This document shows positions 35,806-45,303 of a DNA stretch of 64,000 nt, piece by piece. The stretch lies in contig CAXMOC010000255.1 of assembly GCA_964194865.1 (NCBI GenBank), forward strand, positions 3,090 through 67,089. The letters run 5' to 3'. A model generated the notes under the pieces. The model saw nothing but the letters and a program-made list of their open reading frames with translations, was not told where the DNA came from and searched no databases. The first letter of the stretch is position 1. Each line of letters begins with the position of its first letter. Source of the DNA: an uncultured Opitutales bacterium (GTDB taxonomy: Bacteria > Myxococcota_A > UBA9160 > SMWR01). The position numbers were made by a program, and so were the translations under genes.

Positions 35806-36453
35806 ATGATGTCTCCGATCGAGCCCGCCGTGGAGTCTGTGCAGGGTCGCCCACGCGGCTTCATCCTCTACGTCGAGGGGCCAAGAGATCGCGCGATCCT
35901 CAGAGCCTGGGCGTATCGTCTGCTGCCCTCGTTGGGTCGTCAGCTCTTCGGCGGATCGGTCATACTGGGGGGACGACGCCCCGCCCGAGCCGTCGAACAC
36001 TTCCGCGGCGCCGGAGGCGCCGAGGCTGGCCTACTTGGACTCTGCGTGCTGGATCGAGACGCAGGTGTCGAGCCTGCCCAGCCCACTTCCACTGAGCTGG
36101 GCCTGGAGTTCTTCACCTGGGGGCGACGGCACATCGAGAGCTATCTACTCGTTCCCGCCGCCATCCATCGAACGCTTCGCCTGGCCGACGACGACCGACG
36201 CATCCACCGGGCTCTCGACGAAGTCTTGCCCCAGCCGGCCGACGAGTCCGCCTATCGCCGTGTGGACGCCAAGCGGTTGCTCGGACCCAAGGGCGCCTTG
36301 CCCCGCGCCCTGGGCAGGTCGATTCCCCTTCAGCGGGTGGCGCGCGCCACGCGTCAGGAAGAGCTCCATCCCGATGTGCACCTGCTTTTCGACCGCCTGC
36401 GCGACAGGTTGGGAGTGACGCGCCCGCGAGCGGATGGAGCAGGGTTTGAATAA
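35806..36453 (+). CDS. Toprim-like protein of the DUF4435/OLD-nuclease-C-terminal type (tentative)
   Basis: The order FILYVEGPRDRAIL ... VILGGRRPA ... LCVLDRDAG ... FTWGRRHIESYLL matches the VEG...GG...DxD...E-x-Y-L layout I associate with DUF4435/Toprim. There is no ATPase partner nearby. It overlaps the next gene by 20 nt. Confidence 0.45.
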   Translation: MMSPIEPAVESVQGRPRGFILYVEGPRDRAILRAWAYRLLPSLGRQLFGGSVILGGRRPARAVEHFRGAGGAEAGLLGLCVLDRDAGVEPAQPTSTELGLEFFTWGRRHIESYLLVPAAIHRTLRLADDDRRIHRALDEVLPQPADESAYRRVDAKRLLGPKGALPRALGRSIPLQRVARATRQEELHPDVHLLFDRLRDRLGVTRPRADGAGFE

Positions 36454-36862
36454 CCATGCCGACTGCATCTTCTGCCAGATCGTTCGCGGCGAGGCCCCGA
36501 GTTTCTCGCTGTGCCAGGACGAACAGGCGCTCGCTTTCATGGACATTTTTCCGGTCGCTCCCGGTCACGTCCTGGTGATCACGCGGGAGCACTTCGAGAA
36601 CATCTTCGAAGCCTCGGACGATTCGCTGCGCGCGGTCGCCGCCATGTCCAAGCGCCTCGCACAGGCGATTCGAACGCAGCTCGCCCCAGAGGGCCTAGGA
36701 GTGTTTCAGCTCAACGGCGCCGCCGCGGGACAGACCGTGTTTCACTATCACCAGCACCTGATACCTCGTTCTGGCGGCGACTCTCTCCAGCTTCACAGCC
36801 GCGTAAGGGGAAACGACGGCGAGCTGGTGGCGCTTTCGCGCAAGCTGGCCGCCGCGCTATGA
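36434..36862 (+). CDS. HIT-family nucleotide hydrolase/transferase
   Basis: CIFCQIVRGE, DIFPVAPGHVLVITREH, histidine triad FHYHQHLIPR. Confidence 0.85.
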   Translation: MEQGLNNHADCIFCQIVRGEAPSFSLCQDEQALAFMDIFPVAPGHVLVITREHFENIFEASDDSLRAVAAMSKRLAQAIRTQLAPEGLGVFQLNGAAAGQTVFHYHQHLIPRSGGDSLQLHSRVRGNDGELVALSRKLAAAL

Positions 36863-37515
36863 ACCTCGATCCCCGACAACGCGCGTCGCTTGCAGACGCC
36901 GTGACGCGTGCACTCGAGGCCGCGGAGAGTGGATCTCGGGCCGGCCTCCGAGGCTCGTTGGCGCGTGGGCAAGCGGATCCCTACAGCGACATCGATACCT
37001 TCTGGGAGTTGCCCGACGCCCGTTTCCATCCGGCCATCGACGACCTGGCCGAGACGTTATCCCGAGTGGGGGAGATCGATGCCATTCGCTCGGACCCCCT
37101 GCTGCAGAGCTCGGACAAGCGAAGGCTGCTGTTCGTCCAGTTCGCAGACGTGCCGCTCTACTGGCGGGTCGACATCGAGGTCTTCGCCGCATCGATCGGC
37201 ATGGACGCCTCTTATGATCTGGACAACCCAGGGGCCCGGGGGGACGACTGGTCACTCACCCATAGCGCTCTGATGAACGGGGTGGCCGCGCTGAAGTTGC
37301 TGCTTCGCGGCGACGAGGAGGGTGCCAGCGAGTCGCTCCGTAGCGCCTTCGATCGCGTCGATCTCGCGGTTCCGGACGAGCCGCCCTGGGATCAGATCAT
37401 CACGCTCGCCGAGGTGGTGGGCCGCCTGGATCTCGACCAGGCCGAGCTGGTGCGCCGGGTCCAGCTGCACCACCGCGACGCGCTTGTCCAGCGCAGCCAG
37501 TTGCTCCGCCGCTAA
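36859..37515 (+). CDS. polymerase-beta-superfamily nucleotidyltransferase (ANT/KNTase-like) with helical C-terminal domain
   Basis: ATGA overlap with the HIT stop. NTase signature LRGSLARGQADPYSDIDTF (G-S-x9-12-D-x-D) and a third acidic residue in WRVDIEVF. The C-terminal helices contain RVQLHH (an R-x4-H, HEPN-like spacing). Confidence 0.65.
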   Translation: MNLDPRQRASLADAVTRALEAAESGSRAGLRGSLARGQADPYSDIDTFWELPDARFHPAIDDLAETLSRVGEIDAIRSDPLLQSSDKRRLLFVQFADVPLYWRVDIEVFAASIGMDASYDLDNPGARGDDWSLTHSALMNGVAALKLLLRGDEEGASESLRSAFDRVDLAVPDEPPWDQIITLAEVVGRLDLDQAELVRRVQLHHRDALVQRSQLLRR

Positions 37516-37528
37516 CCTAGCTGCTGCG

Positions 37529-38326
37529 ATGCCCGAACTCCTGGCCCTCGACTTCGACGGCGTCATCTCTGACAGCGCTCCCGAATCGTTCGTCGTCGCG
37601 CTGTTGACCTACACCGACGTGATCGACGACTCTGTTTTCCTGGAGCGCAGGGCAAAGCTCGAAGCCGAGCACCTACCGGAAACCGGTCACATCACCGCAG
37701 ATCCCCTCTACACCCGCTTTCTCGAGCTGATGCCTCTGGGAAATCGAGCCGAGGATTTTGCCGTGAGCCTCTCAGCTCTCGAAGCGCGAACATCCCTCCC
37801 CGACCAAGCGGCCTACGACGCCTTTCGCTCTCAGTTGGATGAAGCTTGGCTGCGCAATTTCCACCTGCGCTTCTACGAGAATCGAATCCGGCTCTCGACT
37901 CGAGATCCCATTGGCTGGCGCCGTTTGATGGGCCCGTATCCTGCCTTTCTACGGGTGCTCGAGCGTCGGGCGAGTGAGACACTACTCGTGATTGCCACCG
38001 CCAAGGACCGAAGGACAGTGGGCATGCTGCTGTCCGATTACGGAATCGAAGCCCTGTTCGGGGTCGATCAGGTGTTCGACAAGGAAACCGGTGTCCACAA
38101 GGACTCCCATCTGCGGCAGATCCACAGCACTTTCGGCATCGCCTACGACGAGATCGTGTTCGTCGACGACAAACTGAATCACCTCGACAGAGTGGCGAAT
38201 CTGGGCGTTCGCTGTGCGCTGGCTAGCTGGGGTTACAACGCGGAGCGCGAAGCCAACCAGGCGCGCGATCGCGGACACCTCGTGTGTACGCTCGAGGACG
38301 TGGAAACCCAGCTCTTCGACCTTTGA
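37529..38326 (+). CDS. HAD-superfamily hydrolase/phosphatase
   Basis: Motif I LALDFDGVISDS (DxDxV), motif II VIATAK, motif IV FVDDKLNH. The ATG is 13 nt after the previous stop. Confidence 0.7.
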   Translation: MPELLALDFDGVISDSAPESFVVALLTYTDVIDDSVFLERRAKLEAEHLPETGHITADPLYTRFLELMPLGNRAEDFAVSLSALEARTSLPDQAAYDAFRSQLDEAWLRNFHLRFYENRIRLSTRDPIGWRRLMGPYPAFLRVLERRASETLLVIATAKDRRTVGMLLSDYGIEALFGVDQVFDKETGVHKDSHLRQIHSTFGIAYDEIVFVDDKLNHLDRVANLGVRCALASWGYNAEREANQARDRGHLVCTLEDVETQLFDL

Positions 38327-38432
38327 GCGGCTGGCGAATCAAACGGGCGCGTGGGGTCTTGGCTACGCCCTCGAGCCGTTCTACTCTGGCGACTCCCCCG
38401 GGGAGGATGCGGTGACGGATCTCGGCTTTCGA

Positions 38433-38978
38433 ATGCACGCCGAGCGCACCCCCAACCCCAACAGCATCAAATGGGTGCTCGGCCGCCGTCTGGTCGAGGG
38501 AACCGCCAGCGCCCACTTCGACTCGCCCCCCACGCCGGACGTCTCTGCCCTCGCCCGCCAACTCTTTGCCGTTGACGGGGTGGTCGGGGTCTTTTTCGCT
38601 GCGAACTTCGCGACGATCTCCAAGCGGGCGGAGATCGAGTGGATCGACATCGCCCAACCCATCGTGGACACCATCAAGGAGCATCTGGGCTCGGGTGAGT
38701 CGGCGCTCGGGCCCGGCTTTCGTAGCGAGGATATCTCCCTTGCCGCGGGAGGGGACCTGGTCGAGCGAATCTGTCGTCTGCTCGACGAGGAAATCCGGCC
38801 CGCCGTCGCTCGGGATGGAGGAGATATCGTCTTCGTAGATTTCCGGGAGGGCGTCGTGCAGCTCCGAATGATCGGCGCCTGCAGCGGCTGCCCGAGCTCG
38901 ACCGCTACATTGAAGCTCGCAGTAGAATCGAGGCTCCGGGAGGAGATCCCGGAGGTCCAGGAGGTGGTGGCCGTTTAG
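38433..38978 (+). CDS. NFU1-type Fe-S scaffold protein (Nfu_N + NifU C-terminal domain)
   Basis: N-domain TPNPNSIKWVL...VDGVVGVFFAANFATISK. C-domain IRPAVARDGGDIVFVDFREGVVQLRMIGACSGCPSS (CxxC). An alternative in-frame GTG lies at 38412, after GGAGGA. Confidence 0.8.
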   Translation: MHAERTPNPNSIKWVLGRRLVEGTASAHFDSPPTPDVSALARQLFAVDGVVGVFFAANFATISKRAEIEWIDIAQPIVDTIKEHLGSGESALGPGFRSEDISLAAGGDLVERICRLLDEEIRPAVARDGGDIVFVDFREGVVQLRMIGACSGCPSSTATLKLAVESRLREEIPEVQEVVAV

Positions 38979-38998
38979 CGGCGGCCGGCGCCTTTTTT
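38979..38998 (+). terminator. candidate intrinsic terminator after the Nfu gene
   Basis: A short GC stem (GGCG-GCCGG-CGCC) is followed immediately by TTTTTT (38993-38998). A T6 run is rare in this GC-rich window. Confidence 0.45.
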
Positions 38999-39083
38999 GG
39001 GCGCTGCAATTCGAAATCCGCAAGATCCCCCCGCGTTCCCCCGTAACGGATGGTGCTGAGCGACAACGAGAGGGCGATCGGGT

Positions 39084-40574
39084 TTGAGCGGGGGAAAGCG
39101 TTCCGGGCGAGGGCTCGGCCACAGCGAGAGTCATTGGCGCCGGAGCCAGCGGCAGAGGCGCCGGCGATGGACCCGTCGAGGTCTGGCGACCCTGGCCGGC
39201 TGTCTGGGGCTGACGGCTGGGATATCTGGCCTGATCGGCGGCTCGCTCGTTCGCACGGAGCCAGACGCCACCGGGACGCCTGAGGGTGCCGAGGCCGTGG
39301 CCCAGAGCGCCCAGGCGCCCACCCGGCTCACCCTGCCGCCCCCCGGCCTACTCGAACGACTGCCCGTCACCGAGCGAGTTCTCGACTTGCCCGTCGCGAC
39401 CAACCCATTGGGAGCAGAGCGCTTCCACGAGTTCGTACAGATCAGAGAGGCCGCGCCAGACCGCGAGAACTCGTTTCGCGTGGCCTATACGCTCGACCCG
39501 GAGCTCACCCGCCAGGTGTTCCGAGTCCTGCTAAACGGTCGGGTGGCTCTGGGCCACGTCATCCTGCTCGACCCCCGGAGTGGTCGCGTGCTCGCCTACG
39601 CGTCCACCGATGTGCAGCAGTTCCCACCCACGCGGGCGTATCCCGCCGCGTCGTTGATCAAGGTCATTACCGCCGCCGCAGCACTCGATCGCGATCCGTC
39701 CCTGGCCAACCTTCCCTGTCGCTACCGAGGGAGTCCCTACCGACTGACCCCGGCTCGCATCGATCCGCCCCGTGCCGGGGTGGAAGTTTCGTTCCGCAAG
39801 GCACTGGCCAGCTCGAACAACCAGTGCTTCGCGCAGCTGGCGGTTCACTCGGTCGGCGAAAAGCCGTTGTTGAGCGCCATTTCGCGCTTCGGCTGGTTGT
39901 CTGCGCCCGCTCCAGCCCACGCGCCCGGCTCCGCCGACGCGGGCGAGGACCGCTACGACGTAGGGCGGCTCGGTTGCGGGCTGGCGGGATCACGCATCAC
40001 TCCTCTGCACGCCGCCCAGCTGGCCGCCACATTGGCTCGGGGCGAGCTGGTCGCCCCGCGTTGGATCGAGGCAATCTACGCGGCCGATGGCCGCGAGTTG
40101 GTGCTTCCCGCCACACCGGTGCCGCGGCGGGTCATGACCCCCGAGCTTGCGGCGGAGCTCCGCTCCATGCTGGTGGACACCACCCGCCGCGGAACCGCGC
40201 GCCGGGCGTTTCGACAGCGCAACGGACGCCAGCTGCTGGGTCCCGTCGCCGTCGCCGGCAAGACGGGCAGCCTGTCAGGCAAGAACCCTGAGGGGCGGTA
40301 CGAGTGGTTCGCGGGCGTGGCACCCGCCGATGAACCGCGAGTTGCCATCGCCGTCCTGCTGGTCCAAGGCGATCTGTGGTGGCGAAACGCCTCACAGATC
40401 GCCGCCGAGGTACTTCAGCGCGTCTTCTGCGAGGGCCGCGACTGCAGCCCCGAACATGTTGCCCGCTGGATGCGAGCCCCTTCGGCAACGGCGACGACGC
40501 GCATCGGCCACGGCGGCGTCGAACCAAAGAGCCAGACGGCTTTGCGAGATTCGCCGTTTGCCCCCAATATCTAG
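39084..40574 (+). CDS. penicillin-binding transpeptidase-domain protein
   Basis: N-terminal TM (LATLAGCLGLTAGISGLIGG). Active-site triad of motifs: S-x-x-K in AASLIKV, S-x-N in LASSNNQ, K-T-G in AGKTGSL. Confidence 0.8.
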   Translation: MSGGKRSGRGLGHSESHWRRSQRQRRRRWTRRGLATLAGCLGLTAGISGLIGGSLVRTEPDATGTPEGAEAVAQSAQAPTRLTLPPPGLLERLPVTERVLDLPVATNPLGAERFHEFVQIREAAPDRENSFRVAYTLDPELTRQVFRVLLNGRVALGHVILLDPRSGRVLAYASTDVQQFPPTRAYPAASLIKVITAAAALDRDPSLANLPCRYRGSPYRLTPARIDPPRAGVEVSFRKALASSNNQCFAQLAVHSVGEKPLLSAISRFGWLSAPAPAHAPGSADAGEDRYDVGRLGCGLAGSRITPLHAAQLAATLARGELVAPRWIEAIYAADGRELVLPATPVPRRVMTPELAAELRSMLVDTTRRGTARRAFRQRNGRQLLGPVAVAGKTGSLSGKNPEGRYEWFAGVAPADEPRVAIAVLLVQGDLWWRNASQIAAEVLQRVFCEGRDCSPEHVARWMRAPSATATTRIGHGGVEPKSQTALRDSPFAPNI

Positions 40575-40620
40575 GCCACCGAGATTCTCGCGGTTGGACG
40601 CCTCACGATGAGCGCGTGGG

Positions 40621-41556
40621 ATGAGCGGAACAGAAAACACCTATACACCGTCGCCGAAATCTTCACGGCTGGACAAGGAACGGCTCAAGAAGCTCGCCCG
40701 CAAGGAGCGCATGCGCTCGCGGGCAGGGCGGGGCCCTGGAGAGCGAGCGGAGCTCCGGCAGCTCGCCGTGGAACGCTACCGGGCCGGGATCTTGCGGGTG
40801 GGGAAGAACAGCCGCAAACGGATCAACGCGATCCTCGCCCGCTACTCGCTGGTCGGGGATCCGGCCGTGTTCGATACCGACCTGTTTCCGTTCGTGCAGC
40901 TTCTGGAGCAGAACTGGGAGACGATTCGCGCGGAGGCCGAAGCCGTGTTGCAAGCGCGCGATGCACTACCAGCGCTCCACGAGATCTCTCCGGATCACGA
41001 CCGGCTGAGCGCCGACGATTCGTGGAAGGCTTTCTTTCTCCAGGGCTACGGGATTCGCTGCGACCGCAGCGCCGCACGCTGCCCACGGACCAGCGAGCTG
41101 CTCTCGGCGGTGCCGGGTCTGTGGAGCGCCTTCTTCTCGGTTCTCGGGCCGGGCGCCCACCTGCCCCGGCATCGCGGGCCTACCAAGGCGATCGTCACCT
41201 GGCACCTGGGGCTGATCGTTCCCCGTGAGAGTGAGCGTTGTTGGATTCAGGTGGCGGATCAGCGTTGTCTGTGGGAAGAGGGTCGAAGCCTGATCTTCGA
41301 CGACGCTCGTAAGCACGAGGTCTTGAACGACTCCGCGGAGGAGCGTGTGGTCTTGCTGATCCACCTTCGCAGGCCCATGCGCTTCCCAGGCTCACTGCTC
41401 GGGCGCCTGTTCCTGACGGCCATCAAATGGAGCCCATTCGTTCGTGACGCCCAGAAGAACCAGGCGGCCTGGGAAGATGCGTTCGAGCAGGCACTTGCCG
41501 AGCGCGTTGGGACGGCGGCCAGCTCATCCGCTCCGCAAGTTGCCGCCCACTCCTGA
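40621..41556 (+). CDS. aspartyl/asparaginyl beta-hydroxylase-family dioxygenase (LpxO/OlsC-like)
   Basis: WKAFFLQGYG, SVLGPGAHLPRHRGP (His ligand), RCWIQVADQRCLWEEGRSLIFDD, KHEVLNDS (second His). Basic N-terminal extension. Confidence 0.8.
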   Translation: MSGTENTYTPSPKSSRLDKERLKKLARKERMRSRAGRGPGERAELRQLAVERYRAGILRVGKNSRKRINAILARYSLVGDPAVFDTDLFPFVQLLEQNWETIRAEAEAVLQARDALPALHEISPDHDRLSADDSWKAFFLQGYGIRCDRSAARCPRTSELLSAVPGLWSAFFSVLGPGAHLPRHRGPTKAIVTWHLGLIVPRESERCWIQVADQRCLWEEGRSLIFDDARKHEVLNDSAEERVVLLIHLRRPMRFPGSLLGRLFLTAIKWSPFVRDAQKNQAAWEDAFEQALAERVGTAASSSAPQVAAHS

Positions 41557-41617
41557 GTCTGAGGCGCCTGCCGCGCCCGCCGGCCCGCCTGCTCACTGAC
41601 GGCGTGCGCCCGGTCTC

Positions 41618-42150
41618 TCAGCCGCGTCGCATCAACGCGTAGATATCGGTTCGGCGGACGATGCCGAGCAGCTGTTCGCCTTGGACGACCGGCCAGGATT
41701 GGACGCGGTGACGGTCGAACGCTTCGAGCGCACTGGCCAGCGTGGCGTCGGGCGAGAGTGCGTCATCGACGCCGCTCGTCAGTTCTTCGGCGATGACGAG
41801 GTCGCGCAGAATCGGATCATAGAGTGTGTTCTTCACCTCCTCGTAGGAAATCACGCCCTTGAAGCGTCTGGAACCGAAAGGCTGCGCCGATGCCGAAGAG
41901 AATGAAGCCGACTCCCAGCTCCTGCAGGGCCCGGAGCGGAGCCTCCACCGCAGGGCCCAACAGCAGGCGAGCCGCACCGCTCTCGGAGTCGACCCAGCGA
42001 AGCCCGAGCTGGGGGCCGAGCAGGAGGCCGACCAGCAAGTAGACGGTGACCCGGGGGATTCCGAAACGCGAGGACGCCCGCCCGAGCCCCAGGCTCAGCA
42101 GCAGAGCCAGGGAGAGTGAAACGAAGGCGTCGAAAAAGGGATCCAGCGGA
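41618..42150 (-). pseudogene. remnant of a cation:proton antiporter/CBS-domain gene (internal deletion plus frameshift)
   Basis: One frame encodes only the first ~2-3 helices of a Na+/H+-exchanger-type protein (FGIPRVTVYLLVGLLLGPQLGL...LGVGFILFGIGAAFRF), with no ATG/GTG start after the upstream stop. It runs into a stop near 41817. A second frame continues with a lone C-terminal CBS motif (LVIAEELTSGVDDALSPDATLASALEAFDRHRVQSWPVVQGEQLLGIVRRTDI). The total of ~530 bp sits where such genes are usually 1.5-2 kb. Confidence 0.5.
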
Positions 42151-42162
42151 TTCCCGGCCCTG

Positions 42163-43776
42163 TCAGCGTTGAATGATGAATCCCGCTGCCTGGGCATCCC
42201 AGGTGGCAGGCGTGACTCCCCTCTGACGCAGCCTGTACTTCTGGACTCGGCCGGTCGGAGTGTGGGGTAGCTCGTCGACAAATTCGATGTAGCGGGGCAC
42301 AAAGAAGTGTGGTGCATTGTCGTTTACGAAGCGGGCGAGTGCCTCGGGACCCACGTCCTCACCGGCCTTTCGAACGACGACGATCTTGATCTCGGCTTCC
42401 GATGCGAGTTCTTTGGACACCACACCGTGTGCAGCCACTTCCTTGACGGCCGGGTGCGCCGATACGGCCGCCTCGACGGCGAACGATGACACGTTTCGAC
42501 CCTTGTAGCGCATGAAGTCGGATTTTCTGTCGACGAAGAAGTACTCGCCGTCTGCATCTCGGCGTCCCAAATCGCCCGTGTGGTACCAGAGATTGCGGTA
42601 TGCGCTGAGCGTGGCCTCGGGTTGGCCGAGGTAGCCGTTGAAGATTGCGTAGGGCTCCGTCGGTCGGACGCAGAACTCTCCGACTTCGCAAGGAGGCACC
42701 TCGAGGTCGTCGTCGTCGAGCAGCTTGACGTCGATGCCCTCGACGGGCTCTCCCAGAGCGCTCGGCTTCCACTCCCGACGCCCGTCATCGGTTCTCGCCA
42801 ACAGCCCCATGACTTCGCTCTGACCGTAGCCCTGATCGATCCGCTCGATCGCGAACCGCTCGCGGAATGGACCGATCAGGTCGTCGGGCATCGGCACCAT
42901 CGAAGCCGAGCGGATGGGGTTGTCTGCGTCGTCGGATTGCCGGGGAGCCTGCCAGAGGAAGATGTGCATCGCTCCGAGCGTGAAAGTCATGGTCGCACCG
43001 TAGTAGCGGCAGCGGTCCCAGAACTCGGTGGCCGAGAAGCGTGGGTCCATTCCGACGGGTAGGCCTGTGACCAGGGCTCGATAGATGTTGGTGACCCAAG
43101 CCGCCGAGTTGTACATCGGCAAGCAGTTGTAGAGCACGTCTCCTGCCTGGGCTCCCGCATTGTGAGCGCCACTGACCGCGCCGCGGATCCAGGCGTTGTG
43201 GCTCTGCATGACTCCTTTCGACCGCCCAGTGGTTCCGGAGGTCCACAGCACCGCCGCCGTGTCGCCGTAGGCAATCTCGACGTCGGGCTCCGGCCCAGGG
43301 CATTCGGCGAGGGAGGTGATGTCGACCGCTTCGACACCCAGGTCGATCGGATCGCAGTCTCGCCGAACCACCAACCGCTCGAAGGGCAGCTCCGGGCCGA
43401 GCTCGGCGAGCCGGGGCAGCAGGTGGGCGTCGGTCAGCAGTAGCTTGGCACCGCCGTCCTCCAGGCTGGATCGCAGCCACTCGCCCTTGTAATCGGTGTT
43501 GGTGGGGACCCAGATGGCACCGAGCTTGTTGGCGCCAAACGCGGCGAACACGAACTCGGGGCAGCTGTCCATGAACAACGCGACCGTGTCTCCCCGGCCG
43601 ACGCCCAGCTCCCGAAGACCCGCAGCATAGGAACGCGCGAGCTCGTCGACGCGGCCGTAGGAGTAGTGGTCGGCGCCAGCCATGAGGTAGGGCCGGTCAC
43701 CGATCTTCTCAGCTTGTCTGGAGAGAATTCGGCCCAGTAACCGCTCTTCCCGGTCCTGGAGGCTTGCCCAGTTCAA
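42163..43776 (-). CDS. AMP-dependent acyl-CoA synthetase/ligase
   Basis: AMP-binding motif LWTSGTTGRSKGV, YGQSE, YHTGDLGRRDADGYFFFVDR-type region (YHTGDLGRRDADGEYFFVDRKSDFMRYKG), C-terminal PHTPTGRVQK. Confidence 0.85.
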   Translation of the reverse strand: MNWASLQDREERLLGRILSRQAEKIGDRPYLMAGADHYSYGRVDELARSYAAGLRELGVGRGDTVALFMDSCPEFVFAAFGANKLGAIWVPTNTDYKGEWLRSSLEDGGAKLLLTDAHLLPRLAELGPELPFERLVVRRDCDPIDLGVEAVDITSLAECPGPEPDVEIAYGDTAAVLWTSGTTGRSKGVMQSHNAWIRGAVSGAHNAGAQAGDVLYNCLPMYNSAAWVTNIYRALVTGLPVGMDPRFSATEFWDRCRYYGATMTFTLGAMHIFLWQAPRQSDDADNPIRSASMVPMPDDLIGPFRERFAIERIDQGYGQSEVMGLLARTDDGRREWKPSALGEPVEGIDVKLLDDDDLEVPPCEVGEFCVRPTEPYAIFNGYLGQPEATLSAYRNLWYHTGDLGRRDADGEYFFVDRKSDFMRYKGRNVSSFAVEAAVSAHPAVKEVAAHGVVSKELASEAEIKIVVVRKAGEDVGPEALARFVNDNAPHFFVPRYIEFVDELPHTPTGRVQKYRLRQRGVTPATWDAQAAGFIIQR

Positions 43777-43943
43777 CGTTCTTCGGTCCTTCCAACTCCG
43801 GGCTCCACGCCCCGGGCTTCCAACCGTCGCACGACGGGGGTGCAGTTTCCAGCTGCCCGTTCGCTTCGCTGACGACCGAGTACAATCGGCCGGCGTTGCG
43901 ATCGTCGGCCGAGGGCGTCGGGGTGGCCGACCAGGAGATCTGC

Positions 43944-45251
43944 ATGCGCCCTCAGCCCCCCGGAGCCCCGCACCCCGCGGCCGCTTCCCCCTCGGGCTCC
44001 GGCGGGACTCTCTCCGCCTTGCGAAACCCGCAATACCGCTGGCTCTTTGCCAGCAACATGGCCTTCTTCTTCGCCATGCAGGGTCAGATGCTGATTCGAT
44101 TGCTGCTGGTGTGGGAGATTACCGACAACAAGGCGGCGCTCGGATACACGAGCTTCATGGTGGCCGTGCCCATGGTGCTCATCGCTCCCTTCGGCGGTGT
44201 CATCGCTGACCGTATGGATCGTCGAAACCTGATCCTCGCAGGCCAGGGATTCCTGGCATTCAACGAGACGATCCTGCTCGGGTTGCTGCTGACAGGGAGC
44301 CTGCAGTTCTGGCATCTGTTGGTCGCTGCCTTCCTGATGGGCTGCACGTTTCCAGTCATCATGCCCGCGCGCATGGCGATCGTCGTACAGATCGTCGGAA
44401 GATCGGAGCTCGGAAACGCCATCGCACTGACGTCCGGCGGCATGAACGCGATGCGCGTCGTGGCGCCTGCAGCCGCAGGATTTCTAGTGGCACCCTTGGG
44501 TATTTCCGGCGTCTACTCGGTGGGGGTGGCGCTCTACATAGTCGCTTTTTTGTGTATGTTCGCCGTGGACCGCCGGAAGCCGGCCAGGCTCGGCGTAACC
44601 GAATCGCTCATGGACGACGTGCGGGAAGGCGTTCGCTACATGAGCGCCCATCGAACCGTCATGATTCTGATGGTCTTCGGCCTGCTACCGATGTTCCTGG
44701 CGATGCCGTTCCAGACGCTGCTCGTCGTGTTCGCCGACGAGGTATGGCAGGTGGGAGAACGGGGCTTCGGAGTGCTTCAGGGCGCGGCGGGGATGGGCGG
44801 CGTGATCGGATCCTGGCTGATCGCCCGACGTGGCGAGAAGCCCGCCCGCCTGCGGCTGATGATGGTGAGCGTGGTCCTCTTCGCCGTCTTCTTGTTGCTC
44901 TTTGCCTCGAGCCCGGGCTTCGAGATGGCCCTGCCCCTGATCCTGGCTGCCAACGTATTCGCTGGAATGTTCCAGATTCTCAACAACACAGCGATCCAAT
45001 TGTTGGTTCCAGAGGACGTGCGCGGTCGCATCTCCGGCTTCATGATGATGTCCTTCGGTCTGACCCCGCTCGGTACGCTACCGATGGCGATGCTGGCCCA
45101 GTCGATCGGCGCCCCTGCCGCAGTGGCCGCAGGGGCTACCCTCGTGCTAGCTGGAGCCATCATCTGGTATCTGAGCAGTCCGGTTCTGCGCGGCGTCGAC
45201 GCTGCATTGCTCGAAGCTGGACGACCCAGGGAGGCTGCCGCGGGGGGTTGA
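43944..45251 (+). CDS. MFS transporter
   Basis: From the ATG at 43944: NPQYRWLFASNMAFFFAMQG, the MFS loop motif GGVIADRMDRRNL, and ~12 hydrophobic segments. The 60 upstream codons of the track ORF overlap the ligase gene region and are discounted. Confidence 0.8.
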   Translation: MRPQPPGAPHPAAASPSGSGGTLSALRNPQYRWLFASNMAFFFAMQGQMLIRLLLVWEITDNKAALGYTSFMVAVPMVLIAPFGGVIADRMDRRNLILAGQGFLAFNETILLGLLLTGSLQFWHLLVAAFLMGCTFPVIMPARMAIVVQIVGRSELGNAIALTSGGMNAMRVVAPAAAGFLVAPLGISGVYSVGVALYIVAFLCMFAVDRRKPARLGVTESLMDDVREGVRYMSAHRTVMILMVFGLLPMFLAMPFQTLLVVFADEVWQVGERGFGVLQGAAGMGGVIGSWLIARRGEKPARLRLMMVSVVLFAVFLLLFASSPGFEMALPLILAANVFAGMFQILNNTAIQLLVPEDVRGRISGFMMMSFGLTPLGTLPMAMLAQSIGAPAAVAAGATLVLAGAIIWYLSSPVLRGVDAALLEAGRPREAAAGG

Positions 45252-45303
45252 TGAGAGCATTCTCGAATCGAAACCATGACACGCCCGGCTGGGAGCCGCG
45301 GAG

